In this document: positions 1-7,300 of the stretch, one piece after another
Numbering within the stretch: position 1 is the first letter of the stretch
Layout of the letters: each line of letters starts with the position of its first letter
Source: an archaeon
GTDB lineage: Archaea; Asgardarchaeota; Thorarchaeia; Thorarchaeales; Thorarchaeaceae
DNA length: 8,190 nucleotides
Reading direction: 5' to 3'
Assembly: GCA_024275415.1 (NCBI GenBank)
Contig: JAJRZD010000123.1
Span: 1-8,190, forward strand
Notes under the pieces: model-generated
Database searches by the model: none
What the model was told of the DNA's origin: nothing
The model's input: the letters and a program-made list of their open reading frames with translations, nothing else
Translations under genes and position numbers: made by a program

Positions 1-141
1 CGTAAAGGATCTATCATTGACTACTATATGTCCACATGATGCAATGGGACCGCATCGATATAGGGTAGTCATCATTGCGGGTACAAATGAGCCAAGAACC
101 CGCATATTTCAAGCATCAGTTGAATGGTGAATGACCAATGC
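1..141. repeat. Terminal direct repeat, copy 1 (identical to 8050-8190); closes the window into an 8,049-bp loop
   Basis: Base-by-base comparison: cgtaaaggatctatcattgac...gaatggtgaatgaccaatgc occurs at 1-141 and 8050-8190 with no mismatch. Confidence 0.98.
126..130 (+). promoter_or_regulatory. Shine-Dalgarno-like GGTGA for gene 1 (second copy at 8175-8179)
   Basis: GGTGA, a typical archaeal SD core, lies 7 nt upstream of the ATG at 138. Confidence 0.6.
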
Positions 142-1304
142 CCGAAGGACTTGCTGTACTAAAATGGGATGATGAACTCGGTCCGGTGGTCACCGCAAAG
201 ACCCCCAAGGGACTGAAACTCGGTCTTGACCCGACGACCTCAATGCGTGTTTATGGCATTGCAACGCTGGGCGAAACAGAAGAGGCACAAAGACCCGGAT
301 TTTCCTCTCTACCATTTCCCGACTTCAAGCTGGCTGTGTATTATGGTGGTTTGAACATGCACCTGAAGGGGCTGCCTTCTATGGTATTCCTCGTGCTGGG
401 GACTGACGAGGATCCTGACGCTTACAAGGATGCATTGCCTGAGATTGCCACTCAGATATTTCTGAACGCAGAAGGCAACGCCTATACGGCACTTGTACCC
501 AAGCTGTACAAACAGATATCCCGGTACACTCACATGACACCCGAACAGCGTCAGGCGTCTGTCGTCAATGACCCAGTGCGTCGTGCGATTCTGCAATCAT
601 TGATGAAACGTGGTTCTATCCTTTCGACCGACCTCGAGCAGCTTATTTTCGAAGAAGTAGGTAAGAAAATCGATGTGGAGATGGTGCTTCGTCCTCTCGT
701 AAAGATGGGAATCATTACGACTGGGTGGGTGGAGGGTCTCTCTTCTGAGGTAGTACATCTCACCCGTGCAATCCTCATCCAGAGAACTATTCCCGCTGAT
801 ACAGTGAAACAGCTCCGTTCTGGATATGCATCTACAGATGTTGCTAAGCAATACATTTCTAGCACGAAACGCTATCACAAAGAGTATATCGCACGGCTCA
901 GGATGAACCTCCATGAAACAGTCTGGCATGAAGCCGAAGAATTGGCAAGGATCATCCTTGACTTTGATTCTTATGACATTATTCAGCTCTTACGAAAAGG
1001 GCCTCAGATTCAGTCAAGTATTCCAGCTCTTCTCGACTTGAAAGAGTCCGTTGTGAAGAAAAAGATTCGTGAACTGGAAAAGAGCAATATCACTATCACA
1101 ATTGCGGATGACGAAGGCATCAAGCATGTATTCCTAAAATGCAACCCAGAGGTTCTCACCGTTTACCCTGAATGGCTTGTCGAGCGAACAGTGGATCTCT
1201 ACAATGAAGAAGATATCCAGTCCCGACAGGCAGTCCACTATCTTGAGCAATTGAAGATCAACCACCCGAGCAACGTTTCTGCAAAGTCAAAGGAGGCGCT
1301 CTAA
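138..1304 (+). CDS. Cytoplasmic protein with putative N-terminal longin/uDENN-like domain and two winged-helix-like domains (Asgard-type hypothetical protein)
   Basis: 388-aa ORF with SD and no TM segment. The N-terminal beta-strand plus WDDELGP (aa 10-16, nt 165-185) resembles the [FW]DxxxGP start of longin/uDENN domains. aa ~145-210 (DPVRRAILQSLMKRG...LRPLVKMGII) and aa ~275-335 (DSYDIIQLLRKGP...VVKKKIRELEKSNI) follow the wHTH pattern. Domain calls are by eye. The ORF is certain; the product is moderately certain. Confidence 0.75.
   Translation: MPEGLAVLKWDDELGPVVTAKTPKGLKLGLDPTTSMRVYGIATLGETEEAQRPGFSSLPFPDFKLAVYYGGLNMHLKGLPSMVFLVLGTDEDPDAYKDALPEIATQIFLNAEGNAYTALVPKLYKQISRYTHMTPEQRQASVVNDPVRRAILQSLMKRGSILSTDLEQLIFEEVGKKIDVEMVLRPLVKMGIITTGWVEGLSSEVVHLTRAILIQRTIPADTVKQLRSGYASTDVAKQYISSTKRYHKEYIARLRMNLHETVWHEAEELARIILDFDSYDIIQLLRKGPQIQSSIPALLDLKESVVKKKIRELEKSNITITIADDEGIKHVFLKCNPEVLTVYPEWLVERTVDLYNEEDIQSRQAVHYLEQLKINHPSNVSAKSKEAL
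1291..1296 (+). promoter_or_regulatory. Shine-Dalgarno AGGAGG for gene 2, embedded in the 3' end of gene 1; stop and start abut (TAAATG)
   Basis: aggagg at 1291-1296, TAA at 1302-1304, ATG at 1305-1307. This indicates translational coupling in an operon. Confidence 0.75.
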
Positions 1305-4300
1305 ATGAATACACAACAACGTCTGATTCTACTCATCGGTTTCTCTGTCCTATTCATGCTCCCCATGCTGACAGGGACACCTACCTCTCAATCAATCACT
1401 CCGAAGGTAAATCCTACAATGAGCATCGCTAATGTGGATGAAACCACCCCGTGGTGGAATGCTACGTATCACTATCGAATCCATGTCAATATCACGGATA
1501 CGAATTCTACTCCTCGGGTAGATGTGCCAATGTCCATGTGGTTCTCCTTCGATAACAACACCTGTTACAAGAACTCGATTCGGGTGACAGATGCCAATGG
1601 ACATGAAGTCCCATCACAAGTCTACAATACGACTTCTTGGGAGGATCCTGATTATTTCTCCGGTGCTACAGTATTCTGGTATGCTAACGTTTCAGCAGAT
1701 AGCACCGCCACATATTGGATTTATTTCTCAGAACTCAAATCGATAGAGATTCCCAACTATGAACCCGTCGTCTGGTTTGCACGAACCACTGGAACTCTTA
1801 CCGGTAAGTTCAGTCCGAACTTCTGGAGCTTCAGAGGCGATTGGTACAATGTCACCATGTTGAGTGCTTCTGGAGGCAAGATCACAAATGGTGCACACAA
1901 GATGGCTGATGGCTCATGGAATTGGGATTGGGGCACGAATCGAGGAAGCATGCATTGGAACCCAGACGGTCTGGGTGGTCAGACGACGAACAATCTCAAC
2001 CCCATAGCAGGAACCACTTTTGTGAACGAGGAAGGGCCTCTGTTCATCAATTATACCACTCAGCTGCCATTTGGCTCCTATGCCAAGATGAACGTCACTT
2101 ATACCTTCTACAGGTGGGGCTGGATAACCAGAACCTATATTCTCTATAGTGGGTCTACCAGCGGCAGTGGACGAACTGATGAGTGGGTGTTCTATCCATA
2201 TATCACAACTGGCGCAATAGAAGTGGCCGAGGATTTGACTCAGACCTCATACTCTAACTGGGTCGGATCATCAAACAAAGGGAAGCCTGCTGGCTTTGGC
2301 TGGTGGAATCCTAATGGTATCTCCCACGGCACTGTCAGGATCACACACGACAGCTGGAATACTGACCCAGCGTACCCGAATAACTATGACAACTACTATT
2401 ATCGTTGGTGGGATTATAGCTCCTACGAGTTCTGGGACACTGTGATTCCTACGATCTACGCACAGCCTGGGACTGTGCTTGAGGAACGGGTCGCCTTTGC
2501 TGCTTGGAACGGCAGTGAGGGTGCGGATGGGTATATGCGGGTCTTCAATGCCACCTCACGATACCTACCGCTCCTTAAAGAGAAGGGCGAAGTGTCCTCT
2601 TATTCTTTCAAAATCAATGTGAAGGACTTGGGCGGTTCGAATATCGAGGGTGTCAATGTGACCCTTTTTGATCAGAACACCGGCGAAAGGCTGATCAAAG
2701 CCTCTGGTGGTGTGTACACGGCACTTACCGACTCAAATGGCAATGTCACTTTTATTGGACTGTTCAACCAGACCTACAGGATTGACGCATGGATTGATAG
2801 TTCCACTTGGTTACAGCCTCAATTGGGTTCCACGGGCATGAACGTCACTTGGAGTGGCACTCGTGTTGCAGATGGCCCATTCACTCCTGTAGGCATTGTT
2901 CTTGACCTGGCGTCAATCAATATACACCTTAGTGACCTCATGGGAGACAGTCTTGCATCTGTCGGGGCTCAGACGATTCAAGTCCGAGTCTACAATGCCT
3001 CTGACCCAAATCGAGCTAATTGGCGGTATCTTGATTATGAGGCGACAGACAGCTCTGGAGACCTTACGTTCTTCCGACTACCAAAATGTGACTGGGTGTT
3101 CAACTTTACCTATTCAAATACGGACACAGGGCATATCTACACAGAAGCTGACCTCGGGAATTATATCTCATATTCAATACCTGCTACGGACATCACTGGT
3201 GACCTGTCCCGACCGAACTGGCAATTGCCATTGATCACGCTAGACTTCAATGTCAAGGCGTATGATGGTGCGAATGTGGAAACCGCTTATGTCCGTCTAT
3301 CAAAGCGAGGAACAGGGGATCCCATTGCGACAGGTGTGACTGATTACTACAATGTCACTCGTTTCACCGATGCTAATGGCAACGTCACTTTCTACAGAAT
3401 CCTGAATGGCACTTGGAACATCTATCTCTATCGCAATGATGATTTTGGTCAGACTGCATTTAACGACACAGAATCCGTTACGAATGTCCAAGGATATGAG
3501 CAACACGATCTAGTGATTCCGCTTACGTGGCTACGAGTTCTAGTTCAGGATGACAGCGGCTATCGTGTGCCAAGTGCAAAGGTCGATGTCAAGGTCAATG
3601 GACAACCACTGGTGACAGCCTACACAGACTCGTCGGGTTGGTACAACTTCACATGGATCATGGCAAATGATTCATCCATCCCAGTGGCATATACTGTGGA
3701 TGTAACCAAGCAAACCAGCTCAAGTACAAACGTTGTAGTGTATGCATCTTTCGACTATCTATATCACAATACGATAACAATTACCGGGCTTGCATACGGC
3801 TCGTTATATACCGAATTGAATGCCACAACATCCACATATTCATGGAAATATGGTGACAATAGAACTTTCATTATAGGATGGTACAATCGCACTGGATCTG
3901 ATGATGCGTCTGCTGTTGACACTCCTCTCACGAATTACAATCTGGGGCGGATGAATTTTAGCATCTACTGGCAGAATCAACTGGTAGGCATCGGATGGTG
4001 GAACAGCACATCACCTTCCTACATCGCACACAGTGCATCAGATGGCATTTACTTTACGCTCATCATTGATACAATCCATTTCAAGATGAACGCAAGTGGC
4101 TATCCCTATCTCATAAAGATCAACGCCTCAGCACCGGGGTACTCGACAACCGATATCTACACTATCACGGTTGTCATCACTCCTGCATCCACAGTCAGAA
4201 ATGGAGTGACATCAGATGTTCAGTACTGGAGTGATGGTTTCACCTTGTTTTACTCATTGACAACATCTCCAGAAGGCAGAAACACATTCAACCTGACAGC

Positions 4301-7300
4301 TCTTGACTACTTCAATTACACAGTCTATGACGGCTCGAGCGCTATCTCATCTGGTACCCTATCAGACATAGGTGGTGGGATTTATAGATTCACAGATGCT
4401 ATACTGAATGCATCCGATGCAGGTGACTACAGCGTATTGATATGGTTGCACAAGTTCAATTATCAGAATCATTCCTTTACTGTATCACTGACCATCAATG
4501 CAGTTCCCACATCGCTTTCATGGTCGAGCCCTCCCGGTGATTACACCTGGGGTTCTGGGAGTGAGATTACTACGCTCCTCTTCTATGACAATTGGCATAA
4601 CACTTCAATTCTCACCGCAGACTCCATTGTTCTGCAGTGGATCAATGTAGATACTGGAGAGATTGTCCTTACTGATACATCTACTCTTTTGACTTACACG
4701 TATAACAGGGATATAGTCGCCAATGGGACTTGGCAAATCCACGCATATGTTTCCAAGTCGAATTTCATCGGCAGCGATGCTCTCTCGTTGGTATTTACCG
4801 TATCCCCTGTGACCACTCAGATTATTCTGACCTCCTCAAATGAGGTGACTGTGGCATGGGGCAGTGAATATGCGACGTTCGACTTCGACTACGAACATGT
4901 ATCTCCCACTTTGGCTGTTGCAGGTGGTGAAATAATTGCTATCGATTGGACTGGTGAATACAGTCTGGTGGACAATGGCGATGGCTCATACCAGTTGAGA
5001 TTGCTCCCTGTCCAAGAGGCTGCGAATTACACCTTCACATTCTATATGTGGATTGCAAACCGTACGAAGGCATCTGCCACCGTCACGGTGAACGTTCTCA
5101 TTCCTCTTGAGGTGAGGGCTGTGGCAGGTTCATCGATACAGGATCCGATAAGCGAGTACTGGACAAGGAACTTCACGCTGCAGATCAATGCGGGTGATCT
5201 TTCGAATGTATCCACTTACGTTTCTGGGGTGACCGTCACCTACACATTCGCAGCAGGTGGCATCTCAGGGGTTATGACCGAGAACATGAGTGGCCAGTAC
5301 TACTATATCGAGTTTCCTGCAAGCTCGGCTCCCGGACCAGGGATATATGAGATTAATATTGACGCAACAAGGGTTGGATGCACAGGGACGACAACCTCAA
5401 TATTTATTGAAGTGATTGCCACCCCGACTCTGGCTGCTGCTGAAACTCAGCTGCTCACTGTCTACTATGCCGATATCTTGGATTTGAATTTCACATGGAC
5501 TACTTCGATTGATGACCATGCTGGGGTTTCTGCCCCTGACAGCGTGACAATCTCGCTATGGAAAGGCATCAACCAGATCAACTCGGATATAGGTGGTGTT
5601 ATCGACTTTGGGAACGGTTCTTACACATTCCAAGTCAACACCAAGACACTGCAGATGACTGCCGACTCCCCGCTTGCTCCAACTGGCTACTACTTTGTCA
5701 TCACTATTAACAAGCTGGGCTATGGCGACCCACTGGCTGTCACGATCATCGTGCTTGTCCTCCAGACACCGACCGAGATGACTGCCGACCAGATTGATCC
5801 CGTTGTGTGGTCTGAAACCCTGACAATCAATGTTCATCTGAAAGATATTATCCACTCGGAGTACGTCTGGGAGAATGCGACTGTGACTCTGATATATGGT
5901 GGATTTGCGCAGAACTTTACTTCCCTAGGCAATGGGACTTTCACGATATCCTTCGATTCCCAGCTTGCCTTCAACTCTTCCGATACACCCCATCATGCCA
6001 CCATCGAGTATACACTACCAAACTACATCGACGGCTCGATAGGTGTTGATGTGCTTGTGAACCCAGTTGCTGCGAGTATTGTCCTCGACACGCTTGAAAA
6101 TGCATATGACTGGAACTCCACCTTTGCATTAACCCTCGCAATTGTTCTGGACTCCAACTCACTGATTCGGGTTAATGTCACCAGAGTGTACTTTTATTGG
6201 ACTGGCTACCCCACAATCCAAGGCACACTCGTTTATGATTCGACATGGAGCGATTATCGAGGGACAGTTGATACAGGAAAAGTGCCAGCAGGGGCACGGA
6301 CGCTAAACATTGTCGCGGAGAGGCAGAACTACAGCATCCCAGTTGTACAAATCAACCTGACCGTTCGCGAGTTGGACACCGAACTCACACCCGATACGGA
6401 AGCCCTCTTCGTCATCTTTGGCGTGGATCAGAGCGCTGAGGTTCGTTTCACCTATGTAAGTGGTTCGAATGTGCTTGAAGGAGCCACGATGACTTTCCTT
6501 TGGGCTGGATTGGAGCGTAGCGCGTCATGGGCGGACGGGGAATACGTTTTCCAGTTCAATCCTTCTGGAGATTCTTCTTTGGTCGTCCCTGGCACTTATG
6601 TCTTGAACTTCTCGGCGTCGTTGATGAATTACACCTCACAGACCGCAAGTGTGGTTCTCCATCTCTCGGCTGCGACTGATATAGTCGGCGGTCCATTCAG
6701 AGTGGAAGAAGGACAGAGTTTCATCCTGATCTTTGCATATTGGGATATGGTGAATGACCGTCCAGTGGGAGCCACAGCATCAGTCCAGTACATCATTGGT
6801 GGCGTGACTCATGATGTGGACGCTTCTCAGTTCAACGGCACTCATTATCTAATCCCGCTGACTGCCTCCGAAGTAGGTGAGATACGAACCGAGCCCTATC
6901 TGATACAGATTCTTGCTAGTGCTCCTGGATATCAGAACTGGACACAGTCTGTATCAAAGACTGTCCAAGTCTATATTCTCAGCCCAACAGTCAACGTGTT
7001 GGGGCTGTTCACCGTTCAGCGCGATATACTGTTCCTTGTGATTGCGATGACAGGGTTCTTTGCGTTCATTGCTGGTGCCGGAATCGGCATTCAGCGGTGG
7101 CGAATCCCCCATGTTATCAAGCAGATCAACAAGGCAATCAAGCAAATGGAGGCCGGGAAGGTCGCTAGCGTCGAGGGAATAAAGAGCATGGGACAGGTCA
7201 TCGCCGAGATACTCGCTCCAGGGTTAGCTGAGCTGGACATCGAAGCCCCAATCATCGACTCGATTTCTGAAGGGATGTTCTTAGGAGCTGAAGAGCCTGA

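Noticed and set aside
1-141. Reading the 141-bp repeat as an LTR or as phage/transposon terminal repeats
   Set aside because: The length equals a common assembler k-mer, the ends cut arbitrarily (4 nt into gene 1), and there is no integrase, terminase or reverse transcriptase. It is better read as a circularisation overlap.
131-172. Out-of-frame ATG at 131 giving a 13-aa overlapping ORF (MTNARRTCCTKMG)
   Set aside because: The ATG directly abuts the GGTGA SD, so spacing is too short. The ATG at 138 has proper spacing and opens the long frame.
309-929. Three minus-strand ORFs (95, 104 and 110 aa) opposite gene 1
   Set aside because: They are fully nested antisense to a well-formed CDS, with no domain signal or RBS.
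2373-2435. Possible diversity-generating retroelement variable region (AAC/TAC/TAT-rich aromatic stretch)
   Set aside because: There is no template-repeat copy and no reverse transcriptase in the window, and the stretch is not at a C-terminal CLec-like position.
1392-7145. Short nested ORFs within gene 2 (1392-1604, 1757-1951, 1916-2149, 2896-3234, 3300-3506, 5556-5855, 5971-6162, 6954-7145)
   Set aside because: They are of the size and number expected by chance inside a 6.6-kb CDS, and their composition is not protein-like.
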